A stretch of 64,000 nucleotides of DNA from Amoebidium appalachense (lineage: Eukaryota; Protista; Ichthyosporea). The notes below the pieces were generated by a model. It searched no databases. It was not told the DNA's origin and saw only the letters and a list, made by a program, of their open reading frames with translations. The position numbers and the translations under genes were made by a program. Within the stretch, counting starts at the first letter, position 1; every line of letters begins with the position of its first letter. This document shows, in pieces, positions 47,142-62,369 of the stretch. The stretch lies in NCBI GenBank assembly GCA_963693365.1, contig CAVNZM010000012.1, forward strand, positions 7,878,001-7,942,000. Direction: 5' to 3'.

Positions 47142-47666
47142 ATGTCCAAAGAAAACACACCCAAGTATGTCCTATGGGACCGAAAAGCCGATAGAGAGGC
47201 ACCTATAGACTGGTATGGTGAGGAATTGGATGAAAATCAACTCGAAAAGTTAACCACTGGTGATTTTGTACGCCTAATCTTCATGGACCCCATACCACCA
47301 GAGCGAATCTTGAAAGCAGAGATAGACCAAGGACTGAGCACGAGAGGTTGGGAGAAAATATACGTGCAGATAACAAAGGTGGACTACTATTCAAAAGGGG
47401 GTGTCAATAAACCACGAAAATTCTGGGGGAAAGCGATGGATACTTATAGGACGATAGAGCCATTGAGATATGTGCAAACGGGGGAGATAGTCATGTTTCA
47501 GAGGAGAAATATTCTTGAAATTCCGGGATGGCGTGCCGACATGCTAAATTTGGCAGGTGAGCAAAAGGGAAAGGAGGTGGTTGAGAGAGAGCGGGAGAGA
47601 ATGTTGAGGGAAGAGAGGAGGATGCAGGAGGAGGAATGGGCACGCCGACGCCAAGGAAACCCTTGA
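47142..47666 (+). CDS. Uncharacterised protein, 174 aa: beta-rich core plus charged C-terminal helix
   Basis: Non-repetitive ORF with GCCATG start just after a CTTCTAG acceptor (5'-UTR intron). Core GDFVRLIF...WEKIYVQITKV...FWGKAMDTY...GEIVMFQRRNILEI. Divergent from the carbamate kinase gene. Confidence 0.75.
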   Translation: MSKENTPKYVLWDRKADREAPIDWYGEELDENQLEKLTTGDFVRLIFMDPIPPERILKAEIDQGLSTRGWEKIYVQITKVDYYSKGGVNKPRKFWGKAMDTYRTIEPLRYVQTGEIVMFQRRNILEIPGWRADMLNLAGEQKGKEVVERERERMLREERRMQEEEWARRRQGNP

Positions 47667-48296
47667 GAAACCCAAGTGCACAATTACGGTGATATTATTT
47701 GAACTGCTTTTAGGTCTCTCGCCCAGGGGGGGGGAGGATTTTATTACGTAACTGAACACTATTCCACAATAGTTTGGACGAAAATAAGGGCCTACTTTAT
47801 TTTAGGTCGTGTACACGGGGAGGGAGGGGAGAGAAGAGAGCAGGACGGGGCCCGTGGGAGGGGTGGGTTAGGAAGGGAGGGAGATGGTGATATGACGAAG
47901 AATCAGTAATATGCTCTTATATGGCCTCACGATAACTTCTAGTAGATTTCTTTCGGTGCTTGCTGTATTGATATCATGATCCAACTCTTCGAGGATATAT
48001 TATAGTACCATTCTATTGTTGCACCTGCACGGAACTGAACCCTGAACTTTTACAGGGTGACTTGAAATATGAAAAGGCTTTGCGTGTGATTCCATCAGAA
48101 TTCAGCCTGAACACTGTAGTACCATAGGCAGTCATGGCACATGGTTTTATTAACAAAACGACAAAGTTTTAACACCATGATTTAAAAATCCTCAAGATCT
48201 TCGCAAGCTCAGGTAGATTATGCTGCCAGTGGCTGCTTCCCTGTTGCCTCATATTTGCCCACTTAGCAAGCACCAATCGCGCACACTACACAAGTG

Positions 48297-48372
<76 letters not shown>

Positions 48373-48593
48373 AAAAAAAAGAACCCATACCTGGGAAGGC
48401 GCGCATGCTGTGCTCCAAAAACATATACCTTCGAACATCCCCCCCTCCCCCCCCCCCCGCCCCCTCACCCCCCGCCCCCCCGTCCCCTCCCCCCTACACA
48501 CATGCAGACACTGGACTACCCATGTCCTCCCCTCCCCCCCCCCCCCCCCATCCCCCTTCTCCCACCCCCCCCCCCCCCCCCCCCCCCCCACCA

Positions 48594-48630
<37 letters not shown>

Positions 48631-49470
48631 AAAAAATAAAAAATAAAAATCCGATCACATACTGCATGGCGCCTTGTGGCCCGTGTTGAGTGTGTCCCCC
48701 TTCCCCTCCCCCCTCCTCCCACCCCACCCCCCAGCCCCCCTCCTCTTCTTTCCAGAGGGGGCGGGCACGGGAGGGGGGGGGGGGGGGGGGGGCTAGGAGG
48801 TCTTGTTTTAACTCTAAGTGGTCCCTCCTCTCCCCCCCCTCTTCTTCCCAGAGAGAGGGGGGGGGAGGGGGGGGGGGGGGAAGAGGGGAGGGGGTAAACT
48901 CTAAGTGGTCTTGTTTACAGTGGGTAAGGGAGATTCTGAACACGGAAAGACCAAGGAATACGCCGAGGAGTTGAAATGGATGGGTTGAGGGGTTGGGCTG
49001 GGGTTTTTGCGCAATCACACACATTCATTGGTTGTCTTGATATGTTTTTTGTATTTTTTTGTCCGGATAATTATGCTCGCCATGCATGATTTGCATATGG
49101 TGGTGAACTCCGCAAAGTTCGGAGACTTCGATCAACAAGTTGTATTATGTGACAGAAGGAAGTGGGTAATTGAAAAAGGGATTGAGAGCGAAGAAGAGTC
49201 ATGTGCGTGTAGAGCAAACACGGGTAAAGCCTTGATAATGATAAATGGCGTTTGATAGAGTAAGAAAACCTTGATATATGAAAACCACCCGACATCTATG
49301 TACCTGATATGATAAAGCTCAGGAGGGGATGTACCAAGCAAATACCTATATATACTACCCAAGATTGGTCTTTCTTGTGCCTCGTGTAAACAGCGTAAAC
49401 CCCAAAGGATTTGTAAATGTGTGTAGCATCGTGTGTGCACATGTGTGGTGGGTGGGCATATGTGTGTGTG

Positions 49471-49563
<93 letters not shown>

Positions 49564-49740
49564 TGTGCGTGTCACCTGATGTGTGTTTGCACGCATGTGC
49601 GCACGCGCGCGCGTGTGTGGCAGGTATGTGGTATTGGTGAAAGCTGCCGGGGAGGCGAGGGGGGGAGGAGGAGGGAGGAGGAGAGGGCGCGGGGGGGGGG
49701 GGGGAGGGGGGAGGGGGGGGGGTGTGGGGAGGGGGGGGGG

Positions 49741-49808
<68 letters not shown>

Positions 49809-50994
49809 GGTGGGGGGAGGAGGAGAGGGCGGGGCCAGGGGGGGGGGGGGAGAGAGAGAGGGGGGGGGGGGGGAAGGGGGGTTTGGTTCTATCACAGGAA
49901 GACATCGGGCATTTCTTGCCCTGGATAATCCCCATAGTTGATATCATGGATAACTGGTTTATGCATGTAAACCGATGGATCACTCATGATATAACCGATG
50001 GATCACTCATTTTTTTTGTGACTATGTATGGTAGATAGTAAAGTGTAGGGCATTTTAGTAATTCCATTTATCATTTTTTTGTCCGGGTCAAAAATTTCAG
50101 GCAATGCTTTACGCAGCCCACGAAAACTTTTTGTAAACCCCCTACTGATGGTCCTCATTGCTCAGGGAAGGAGGTGGGGATGGATGGTTGGGTGGGTGGG
50201 TGGTGGCCGTGGTGGTGGCGGCGTGTGTGTTTGGGGGGGGGGGGGGGGGGGAGGGAAGGGAGGGGGCGAGGCAGGGGGAGGAGGGGAGGGTGGTGGTGGG
50301 TGGTTGGGGGGTGGAGGGAGAAGGGGCAAGCAGTGCCAAGAGAAACTGGAGAGCGCTCAGTGATGCACGCACGTGTCTTTAAATGATTAGCACAACATCA
50401 GAGGTTCCGGACCTTTCCGGCCGGGCACTTCCGGGGGCTAATGACTAGGTTGTTTTGCTTTCATTTTATGTGCTTTATAAATATTCATTGACACTTTGCA
50501 TTTGCAGATCATCGTCTTCAGGGTAGGTACAAGCTTATAAGCCCTCAAGAGCCTGCAACAAAATCTGCATTGAGTACAAACCAAATCCGTAATGCAGACA
50601 TAGCCAAAAACACTTTAGGTCATTACAGTTATTCATATACTGAGTTAGTGGTTCACACATTACTATTATATAGTGGGCCACACAGTCAGTGTAATAAGCA
50701 CATACTATACACATCGATAGCTTAAAGGTCACACATACCACATAGGTGCATTCTCCACATTGTCAACAAACCACACTGCACAAGCCTTTACCCCCCCTCC
50801 CCCCCCTCCCCCTCTCCCCGGCGTCCCTTCCCCCTTAGCATCCTTCCCACAAACCCAAAACAAAAAACCGGATACCTGCGCACCCACACCCACCCACACG
50901 TGAAAACACCTTTAGCAGTGTCCCCTTGCCTGCTCTTTCCTAGCCAACGGGAGGCGGAAGGGGTGTGTGTGAGGCGGAAGGGGTGTGTGTGTGT

Positions 50995-51073
<79 letters not shown>

Positions 51074-52664
51074 CGTGTGTGTGTGTGTGTGCGTGTGTGC
51101 GTGCGTGTGTGAGTGTGTGTGTGTATATGTGTGCGTGTGTGTGTGTGTGTGTGTGAGTGTGTGTGTGTGAGGGTGGGGATGAGAGGAGGAGGGAGATGGA
51201 GTCGACGGTGTGATCCTCTATCCTTGGCATTTGCTAATTGTGTAAAATTAGGGAATCACAGGTGGTGAGAGATCCTGTTCATAGAAAAGAAAAGACGCCG
51301 AGGGAAATGCGAGGGCGGGGGGAGCGAAATTGTAGGTCGGGAGGTGCGGCGGGGGACTAGGGGGAGCGGGAGAGGGGGAGGGGGTGCGGTGCGAGGGGGA
51401 GGGAAGAGAGTGCTAGCGCGACCAATGGGAACCACCTGTAAGAAGGCCATCTCGTGTGGAGGGGTATATGGGCAGATACTTTGAAAAGGAGTCTAGGAGA
51501 GGGATAAAGTTGGGAGGTGGGGCTAAGTGCTGGTGGGAGGGAGAGAGGGAAGGAGCACGGAATTGCTTCCTACAGGAAAGATGGTACAGAGAGAAGGGGG
51601 TAGCATATGGTGGGGGCAGGAGCTCGAGGGGAGGGGGGGGGGGGGGGGGGGGGGGGGGGAGGGGGGGCTTACTGGGGTAGAGACGGAAGATGGTAAAGTG
51701 AGAAAGTACTTGAACACCAAGGGAAAAAAGAAAGCAATCAACCAGCCTAACGGGAAAATTACTTGCCCTCCATAATTTCGATGGTCCTCTGGGTCATGCA
51801 AGCATGCCTTACCGGGCAATTACCATGCCATGTGATTCCCCATGACAAGCGACAACACCTACTGTATACCACGCCCTAATGTATAGCTATTAACTACAAC
51901 ATAGCCATGTAATCAATATGCATTTACATAAAGTTCCTCTCCTTCCACATAGTGAAAAATCGCCGTACAGGCCCGCCTTTCTGCCCTCAACTTGTTGCGC
52001 TCAGAAGTTCAGCTTCACAATTGTTGTTTATGATACTCTTCAAACGTCCCCATAGAAAGAATGGTCGAAATCTTTTTGAACAATTTCAGATGGAAATATT
52101 TTTAAGTTTTCGACGTTCTCAAATTAGTCACCAAACCCAAATCAACACAGAAAGCATTAGGAATATCAAATTAAACCAAAGTAAATATTTCTTTATGTGG
52201 TTTGAAGATAAACAAAGAAAATAATGGTGGTATTATGATACTGTTAATATTCGTAAGTGCTGTGCTCAACTGGTTCAATTTATGAAGGTGGGTATATGGG
52301 GCTTTCGGAAGCTACCCAGCTATAACCATTTGATTGGTTGAGGGGGGTAAGGAGGAATTTTGAGCCTCTGGTGCGCAAAAGAACGAAAGCAAAAAAACAA
52401 TCACACTCACCCAACCACACATGTGCACAGTGCACAGGAAGCACAAGACTCTGCTAGAATCGATATCATAGGTTATAGTGTGCTTGTATACCTGTTTGGT
52501 TCTCTTTTTACCTTCCAGTTCATAGAAATAACCTCTAATACTCGCAGGTTCTTTGAACCTTACCACAAGAGCTAATCTCACTCCTGTATACACTTGCACC
52601 TTACCACCTTTCTCATCCGTATTTTCGTTCCCATTTCCCATTTCCTCGTTGCCATATTCACAAC

Positions 52665-54378
52665 ATGTCTTTCTGGAGAAGAAGCAGCAGTGGTGCTCAG
52701 TATTCTTCTCTCGGCACCGTGGACACGGGGAACGCAGCCGACACTGACGATGGTCTTTTTGACAATCAGAGAGAGTTCAGCGTCTACCGTGCACTGGTGC
52801 AGGATGCAAGGTGCGTGTGCTGTTACTCTTTTCTTTTATTGTGATCTCCACTTCCTGGTGCGTGTGCGCGTTTGCAGCTGCGAAAAATGTTGGGGGGGGG
52901 GGGGGGGGGGGGGGAGGGAGGATGGGTGTGCGTGTGTGTGCATGGGGAGGGGGATAGGGGGTGGGGGTTGGGGGGAGGGGGAAGGGTGGCAAGGCCGAAG
53001 CCTGAGGTGAGATGGCAAATGGTGTGTTCAGTTCAATTATTGCCCTTTTGTATTATAGTTGATCGTTTTCTTCCTCAGCCCCATGCATTCTGTCTGCCTT
53101 TACCTTATTTGTGTCTTCTTCCTAACCTCCTCGTGTGCCTGTGCCTTCCGGTCCATGCCAACTACCATTGGAGTCGTTAACTGTTGTTTCGAAAAAGCAG
53201 AGGACGCTGTAGAGTGCAGTGCTTTCACGATGTGTTAGGGCACGGGAGCACGAAGGAGTGTGTTCGACGAAATTAGACTGTCCGTGCTGTGTTCTTTGTG
53301 ATCTATGATCCCCCCCGCTGCCCCCTCCCCCCTCCCCCCCCCCCCCCTCTCCTCCTTTTCTTCCTCCCTCAAACAAACACCTTTCCATGCGGCGTGCGGA
53401 GCCCATGCCCGTTTTCTGACTTTCCACCTCTCCCTTCACCAACTAGTCAACTTTTTCTCGCCCAAGCCTCCTGCCCCCCTACATACACACACCTCCCCCT
53501 CTCGTCCCTCCATCCCACCAGCCACTGCCCCCCCCCCCCCCCCCCCCCATTCCCCTTTCCCCCCTCCCCTCCCCTCCTTCCCCCCCCCCCCCCTCCCCGC
53601 CGAAGCTTGACCCTCCCCCTCCCTGCCCTCCCCCCCCCCCCCCCCCCCCCAGCCGCTCTTTGTCTGGCAGGTTTATGCACTTGTCTCTTCGTTAATCGTG
53701 CGGACTCTTTTCTTCTCGTTTACTTTGCTACCCGGTAAAGGCCTTTTCACACATGCCCCTTAAAAATCCACACACGTGCGCTTGAAATTGAAGGCTTCAC
53801 GGGTAGGCCACCTATCACTCCCTTTCGTGAGATGCTCTACCCCCTCCCCCCCCTTCCCCGCCCCCCCCCCCCTCCCCCCCCCCCCCCCCACCTCACCTCC
53901 CTCCCTCTCTCCTCCACGCGTGACACACCTAGCTCACCATCACCCTCCTTTTCTTTCCAGGGGGAGAGACAATGACGGAATTACAGAGATGAGCTTCCGA
54001 GTTGAAAAGATACCCCAGAACAAGTGTGAGTTGGTGTTTGGTGACCGCGGGATAGAGGTACTTGTGGATCATGGAACCGTCCAGTGCACTTACAAGTATG
54101 AACTCCCCCCTCCCCCCCCCCCCCCTCCCCGCCAACACCCCTACTTATTTCATGTTATTACAAAGGCACGCGCACACACGCGCTTGCGCGCGCACACACA
54201 CACAGAGAGACGCAGACTCACAGTTATGCGCGCGCGTACACAGACACGTAAGCACACAAGCACACAGGCACACACACACACACACAAGCACACGGACACA
54301 CACACGATCGGACACACATACACAGGCACGCACACACACGTACAAATGTACATACATACACCAACATGCACGCGCGCG

Positions 54379-54475
<97 letters not shown>

Positions 54476-54518
54476 AACCCCCCCCCCACACACACACACG
54501 TGCCTTCCCGTCTACCCG

Positions 54519-54587
<69 letters not shown>

Positions 54588-55146
54588 CACTGCCCCCTTT
54601 CACTGCCCCCACATGCTCTGCCTTGTGCCCTTTGTTGTGGCTTGGTAACTCTGCTGATCGCGTACTACCCCCCTCCGCCCCCTCCCCCCCTCCCCCCCCC
54701 CTCCCCCCCCCTCCCCCCTCCCCCCCCCCTCCTCTCCCCCCCTCCCCCCCCCCCTCTCCCTCCTTGTCACTACATGACCACCTTTCCACACACACATACC
54801 TCGGCTCACACAGAGCATGCGCCAGTGCGTACACCTACACCTAACATACACGGAAACGAGCATTCATGCATATGTTTACACACAGATAAGTGCACGACTA
54901 CAAGCACAAGCACGACAAAAGCACACCCCCAAGAACATACGCACGAACTCGTGCATGAACTTACACAAACCCACTCAGATGCATGCCTGTGGTAGTCATT
55001 CACACAAACACAACCTTTACATCGAAGTGTTTATGCTGTCGTCTTCCACCCGGTTATTGTTATTTATTTTTTCTGCATGCAACCACTTCCCTCCCGCCCT
55101 CCCTCCCGGGATCCCTTCCTTCCTCACTCCCACGAAGTGTAGTGCC

Positions 55147-55191
<45 letters not shown>

Positions 55192-55604
55192 GGTGAATTC
55201 TGCTTGTTGTTTCCTTCTACGTGTTGCTCCATTGTTATTTTCGCCTTTGAGTGCATGGAAGCCTCATTTCTGTAACGTGTCCTGAACGCCTCCTTTTTCT
55301 ATTAGTGCAGCCTCCTCGTAATTTTTTTGGGGGGGTTTGTTGTGTGCTGTAGCCTCACTTCTTTTCCCGCCAGCTTCGTCGTTTCACCCACACCCACACT
55401 CTTCTTCATTCTTGGCTTTTTGTATGAATATGCATACGTACACACACACATGCACGAATGCATGCACAAACACACACACACACACACATGCACACACACA
55501 CATGCATGCACGCACACTCACACGCACGCACAAGCACGCCTGCACATCCACACACGCACGGACGCGCGCACACACCCGCTTTAACACACACACAGCTTTT
55601 TATT

Positions 55605-55635
<31 letters not shown>

Positions 55636-57269
55636 CCCCGCCCCCTTCACACACCCTTGGTTCCTTCCCCCGTAAAAAGGGCCAAAACAAAAAGTCATAC
55701 GCACACATGGACATACACAACGCTTCGGACGTGTGGATAATTCTTGTGTTCACGTGTCACACACACATACATGTACACCTGCACACACACACCACATACG
55801 CACAGCACTCAGGCACCGTGATGCATGTGCACATGAACTACTCAAGCCTGCATGCACATGGGAACACACACGAGTACGCGTACACACATTCGATGCACAT
55901 TCGTACATTCGTACACCACCAATACACCTACACTACACGCACTAGTAATTCAGTCACACTATGTTGCATGCAGAACTCGTATTACCCACCCTCTCTGCCG
56001 TGTTGCATACTGTCCCCCCCCCCCCCCCCCCCCCCCCTCCCCCTTTACTTCCATGCAACCGGGCATGGTTGCTATGTGTCGTGCATCTGTAAGCACATAC
56101 GCGTTTTTCGCTGCACTGCATTACTTTGCACACGCATCTTCACCGTTTTGCTCACCTTGCTTGCATAAGCAACTCTGCTCGTCTTTGATCAAGACGGGTT
56201 GACCCACCCAAGTTCAGTTGATGCTGCTGTCTGAGTTGGAGCGTCGTATATACGCGGGCTAAGGGGTCGAAGCTCAGACGCAATTGATGACTTGGGCCCT
56301 CCCTGAGGATGGGCTCTGCTTATGACGCATACTGTGCGGATGGCTGATGTTGCATACTTGAATGTTTGCATTTGCATGTGTCCTGCACCATGCTTCTCAT
56401 CGTGTATGCGTACTTCGTACTGTGTTCCGCATTCAAACCCCCCCCCCCTCCCCCCATCGATTCGGCTTTTTTCAAGCCCAAAGCAATGGGTGATACCATA
56501 TTTCCGGCTGACATCCGGGGGCATAGCTTTCCGTTCGAAGACGTTAAAGTTCCGCCCTAGTAAGCGTGTTACTACCCTGCGGCGTGGGTCAAATCTCATA
56601 TTTTCCCCTCTGATTGCGAATTCTGCGGCCTTCGGGACTTAATTCTTTTCAGCTGGTGTAGTATGTTAGCCAGGGAAGTATCGACTTAGGTGGCGACGGG
56701 AGAACTTCCTAGAAGCCCCGTCTCCTGAGTTCCTATATATATATCTTGCTTATGCTTACTGCTGCAACTTTAACCCCCGGCCTTTCCCACTGCCCTTGCC
56801 TGCATAAGCAACCCTGCTCGTCTCTGATCAAGACGGGTGACCTTCCCATGTTCAAGTGAAACAGTATCTGAGTTGGGTTTCGTTAACGAGGTGAATAGGT
56901 CGAATCTCGGGTACTGTGGATGACGTGGGCCCCCCCTGAGGATGGGCTATGCTTATTATGCATACTCTGTATGTATGGCTTGAATTCTGCATCGTGTTAT
57001 CCGTTTGTTCTTGTGTACTTTGTACTTTTTGACGCATTCAAACCCCCCCCTCCCCCCCCCCCCCCCCCCCCCCACCACCACCACCACACACACGCGCGCG
57101 TACACACACACACACGCCCGCCTAACATATTCTCCCCCCCCCCCCCCCTCCCCCCTCTCCTACATAACACATCCCCCCCCCCCCCCCCCCCCCCCCCCTC
57201 TCCCCCCCTCCCGGGTCCCCTGCAAAATGCATTCTTATCCCCCCTCCTCTACCTCGCCCCGTTCAGCCT

Positions 57270-57304
<35 letters not shown>

Positions 57305-57779
57305 TTTTTTCCCCCAATGCCCAGATTGTGCTGCCCGTCGTGAACTTGTATATTCCGCCCCCCATCCCCCCCTCCCCCCCTCCCTTTCCCCTCTCCCCGA
57401 CGCCTTGTGTTGTTCATCGTGTGCAATTCATAATCTTTGACAGGTTGTAACCCCCCCCCCCTCCCCCCCCCCCCAAAAAAAAACACACACGAACCTCCCT
57501 CCCTCCCTCCCCCCCCCCCCCCTCCCCCCCCCCCCCCCCCCCCCCCCCCCTCGCTCCCTCCCTCTCTCCCCTCTTTCCCCTTCCAGATACGGCCAAATGT
57601 GCAAGATCAACCACAAGCGCGGCAAAGACAACTTCCTTGCGATTGTGATGAAAGACGGGGAGGTTGCGGCGTTCTGCAGCCCCGACACGGTGAAAATCAA
57701 GGCGGTACTCGTGGCCATGATTGAGAGGAACACAAATCTGGAGTTTGGAAACTACAAGAGCAGCCGCATGCTCCAATGA
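52665..57779 (+). CDS. Small protein with a probable PH-like fold, 157 aa, 3 exons
   Basis: Exons 52665-52810, 53961-54095, 57587-57779 join in frame (474 nt): MSFWRRSS...[81 protein letters not shown]. The pattern of about 7 strands plus a C-terminal helix is my inference. Confidence 0.8.
56160..57040 (+). repeat. Two diverged ~270-bp direct repeats in intron 2 of the PH-like gene
   Basis: TGCATAAGCAAC.CTGCTCGTCT.TGATCAAGACGGGT...CTGAGGATGGGCT..GCTTAT at ~56162-56440 and ~56801-57040. Confidence 0.8.
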
Positions 57780-57946
57780 TTTTAGGGTTTTTTGGGGGGG
57801 TTTTTGTGTTTTTGGTTTTGCGTTTCATCTGTGCGTGTTGGTTGGGGTCAAGTTGGGCCGACAAGGACTGATGTGTGTTGGGTTTGGTGTGCTATGGTAG
57901 TAATCGTGGTGATGTTGTTTCAGTTTGCTTGTTTTCTTTTCTGTTC

Positions 57947-57980
<34 letters not shown>

Positions 57981-58341
57981 CGGTGGTACCGGTGGAGGGA
58001 CTGGTCAGCTGGGGGGGACGGCGGGATGTTATAGCTTAAAGGGTGGGTTGGTTAGCTATGGCTGTATTAGCCCTTGTATTGTTTCTGTTTAGATTGGTGA
58101 TTACAAAGATAGAGCAAATGTGTTGCTCGGAGTAAAATCACATACAAGGCATGCATATTGACTTCTTATGCGTGTGTGGGGTTTCCTTGCCATGTTTGCT
58201 GTACAGAGCAAGGTTTCATTAGTTTGTGGGTTAGTAAAACACCAGCTATTTTATTGGGGCGGTGTAAGGAAGTATTCTGGGTCAATAAATAAACGAAAGC
58301 CTATGACCCAATTTCCATAAGTACTTTTCAAAGCTGGCAAC

Positions 58342-58386
<45 letters not shown>

Positions 58387-58968
58387 ACGGGGGGGGCTCA
58401 CATGTCAAACCATAAACACACACGTGCACGCGAGCACACATGCACCGACCCCCCACCATGCAAAGGCAGTGCGCGCAGAGGGTATGTATTATTACCGAAA
58501 GCCGAAAGCCTGAATTCGCACGTGCATCATCCTCCCGGTGATCGACCGGAGAGACGTTTCAGTTTCCAACCGGTGCAACTCGAATTGTTTTTGCCCTCCT
58601 CCAGGCGGCCTTTTGAGAAATGGCGCATTCTCCGGCCGTTATTTTGTTCACCTCACTGAGTGCGCGTGAATAGTGAAAAGTAGCCGGCCATAAATATTAT
58701 AGTGATTAGAGAGGGAGAAAGAAAGAAATACGTGCGTTGGGGCATAATTATGGCCCTGTGATATGCCCGGTGCACGAAACCAGCAGGACAATTAGTGGGG
58801 CATTTCCCATAAAAAAGTTTGCAGGCTTTGATGGCACTCATAGAATTTACTTGACTTGGTGTTATAGTTGAATGTAGCAGTCCTGTGCCGATAAGAGATT
58901 AGCTTTCAGAGTTGGCTAGACAAAAAGAGACGCTTCAAGACAGCAACACTGAATTCAAACGAAAGAAG

Positions 58969-59409
58969 ATGGACTTTCTGGGCGTTAGTTTGGTGCCTTT
59001 TGTAGGGGTGGCGGCTGCAGGTGAGCTCAAGCTTTCAGGGTTTGATTGGTATCATCAGGTGTTTTCAATGAGTGTGACACACAGGCATGCACTCAGGCGC
59101 GCACACGCCAGCGCATGTGGTGGGAGTTTTGGAAAAAGACTGAAGGAAAGAGAAAGGGAAGGTTGGGGAGGAGGGGTGGGAGGGAGGGGGTCGGGGGGAA
59201 GGGGCGGGGGGGGGGGGGGGGGAGGGGGGAGGGGAGAGATGAGAGGGAGGCAGATGCGGCGGGGAGGGAGAAGGGGGGAGGGAGGGAGGGAAGGGACGGA
59301 GGGAGGGGAATAGAGGAAGGGGGGAGAGAAGGAGGGAGTAGGGGAGGGAGGGAGGGAGAGAGAGAGAAAGAGAGAGGGAGGGAGAGAGAGAAAGAGAGAG
59401 CGAGGGAGG

Positions 59410-59441
<32 letters not shown>

Positions 59442-60834
59442 ACAGAGGGAGGAAGGGAGGGCGGGAGGGCGAGAGAGGCATATATGACTATTTACGACAC
59501 CGAGTTATAATGTCATTGTTCAACATCGGCTTTGTCAGAGACATGGTCATGTGCAGATCTGTGCACCACCACTTCTGTTGTTTTCTCTTCCGTGAGCAAG
59601 ATTTCAAGGCACTTTCACGGTTACCAACAAAACCTAACTTATTTTTTATTGTTTTTGCGTTTGCCTCTTTTGTAGCATAGCTTTTTTAAAATGGGGGGAT
59701 GCATATGAAGACAATGAGATGATAGTCCCAGCTCTTTGTTTGCCTTCCAGGACCTTCTTGATAACTCTTTTTCGAGAAGAAACATCTAATACGCTCTGTG
59801 TGTGGCTGTAGTGTTTTTAGCTGTGTGGACGCTGGCGCAGAATGTCTACCTGCCGTTTCAAGGAGCTTTCCGAGGTAAGAATTTCTTTTGCCCACATTAG
59901 ACTTCACATCTCGGAAGTGGTTTGCATGTATAGAAACCACTCTTTGAATGTCGGGTGTGGTTTCTTGCTTTCATTTTTTGCACTATGTTTGTGGTGAAAC
60001 TATCCTCTATCCATGCTGAATTAGAAATGGGCGGTTAGAAGGCATACTACCTTTTTGCCGAAAGCCGCAGTCGAAACATTAGGTAGATCTCATAGAAAGT
60101 CTGATACTTTGAGGCGCACACGTTGGCAAGCATTATTAATCTTCGAAAGGTCAAATTGAGCACCTTCTTGTGATGGACTTCTTCTGATATCCAAGTGTAT
60201 GGATGTTGAAGGTTAGGAAGCGAATATCTTTTGAGTGTATGGAGTGTATGGCTAATACGTCACCTTGGCAAACTTGCAGGGAACCAGCCACTGTGTTCAA
60301 TCATGGCTCAACCGGACACCGATTCGGATGTTCTGGTAAGTTAAGTTTGCCCACTCTGTGCTGTAGATGCCTGTGTGCACGTGTCCATGCACACACTCCC
60401 GTACTAGTGGAAAAGGCCGTATATGCACACGCATGTGTGTGTGTGTCTGTTTGTGTGTTATATGTTGTATGTTTGTGTGTGCGGTTGAGGGGGGGGGGGG
60501 GGGGGGGGGACGGTGGGGGGCGGAAGGGGGGGAGAGGGGCGGGGTAGGGGGGGGAGGGGGGGGGAGGGGTCAGTGTTGCAAGTCAATTCCATCTCTTGTA
60601 GATGGCCTCTCTCAAGTTTGTCCCATCCCTAAGGATCAAATATAGAAGCATCCCCCATGTCTCACAAAAACCCATCCCTGAGTTAGCTGAACTTTTTCGT
60701 TTCGGCGCAGTTTAAGATCCGGGTGATGAAAGATGCAGAAGAGAAAGAGTCCCTTAGACGGCAGATCCAGGAGCATGGGGAGCGTATGAAACTGACGAAA
60801 GAATACGTGAGTATTCTCTCATTCACTTTACTTA

Positions 60835-60874
<40 letters not shown>

Positions 60875-61227
60875 CCCGCCGCCCCCGGCCACCACCACCA
60901 CCACATACACACACGCACACACACACACACGGATAATCGTTTTTCAAGCTTTCCTACCTTGTTTCCTCTACATACCTTTCGCGTTTTCTAATGTTTTGAT
61001 TGAGACTTACACTACAATATGGGATGTGTGTATGTGCGCGCACGTGTGTGTGTGGGGTGGGGGTGGGGTGGGGGGGGGGGGGGGGGGGGGGGGAGGGGGA
61101 GGCTCGAGTGAGCAGGTTCGACAAAAAAGGGGGATGGGGGGGGGGGGGGGGGGGGATGAGTGAGTAAGTGGACAAGAAAGAAAAGAGGAGCGAGCTGGGG
61201 CATAAGGAGGAGAGAAGGTGTGTGTGC

Positions 61228-61258
<31 letters not shown>

Positions 61259-61332
61259 GGGGGGGGGGGGAGGGAGGGGGGAGAGAGAGCGAGAGAGAGA
61301 TTTTTATTTGTTTGTTTGTTTGTTTGTTTTTA

Positions 61333-61378
<46 letters not shown>

Positions 61379-62334
61379 TTATTTTATTTTTTTTTGGGGG
61401 GGGGGGGGGAGGGTATTCGAAGACAAATAAAGGGTGCACTGTGATGGCCTGAGGAACTATGTCACATGCAATCACTCCCTTTGCTTCCACATTTCCAGCT
61501 TATCCACATGTTAACCACACTATACACATTATTCTAAAAAGGAATGAGTACTTCACGGTTTCTAGAATTCCCCTCTAACTCTATTGGTACAAAGATTTTT
61601 GCATGTTTTTTCACTCGGTTTCTTGGGAACATAGTCCATATTTTTACTCCCACAGCTACGTTTCATCGTCTGTTTGAGCTAAACCCCCCCCCCCCTCCCC
61701 CCCCCCCCCTCCCTTCCGTCTCCTCCCCCTCCCCCTCCCCCCCTCTCCGCTCCAGCATCCACCCACCCGCCCACCCACTGAACCTTCGCCCCACTTACGA
61801 GGGAAAAAACAAAAAGAAACACACACACACGCGCGCGCCCACACACACACACACACACACACACGCACATACACCTCTCCCATGCAGGTAACGAGAGTAA
61901 ACGAAGCCTGCAACAGTTTGCTGGAGGGGTTTTCAGTCTCGTTCGAACGTGTATTCCCCTTGGGCAGCAACGTGCACAAGTTCGAAGGAGAAATAGAGAG
62001 AAAGGCCGATGGGTTAAGACAGAAACTGGTCATCACCAGTCACGAGATCAACCCCACAGCCGACACCATCGTTGCTGAGATCCATGCGGCCATTCCGGAA
62101 CTGTTTCCTACAATTGAAAAGGTGTCCCCCCCCCCCCCCCCCCCCCCCCAACCCACCCACCCTCTTCTGCCGGCACTTTTTTTTTTTTGGTTGTTTTTAG
62201 TTTTTGTGTATTGTAAAGTCTTGTGTTTGGCCATTTGATGTCTCCACTCCTATAGCTCCCCCTCGATGCATAAATCTCAACCCCCCCCCCCCCTCCTCCT
62301 CCCTTGCCCAATTCGGCGATCCACACATACACAT

Positions 62335-62369
<35 letters not shown>

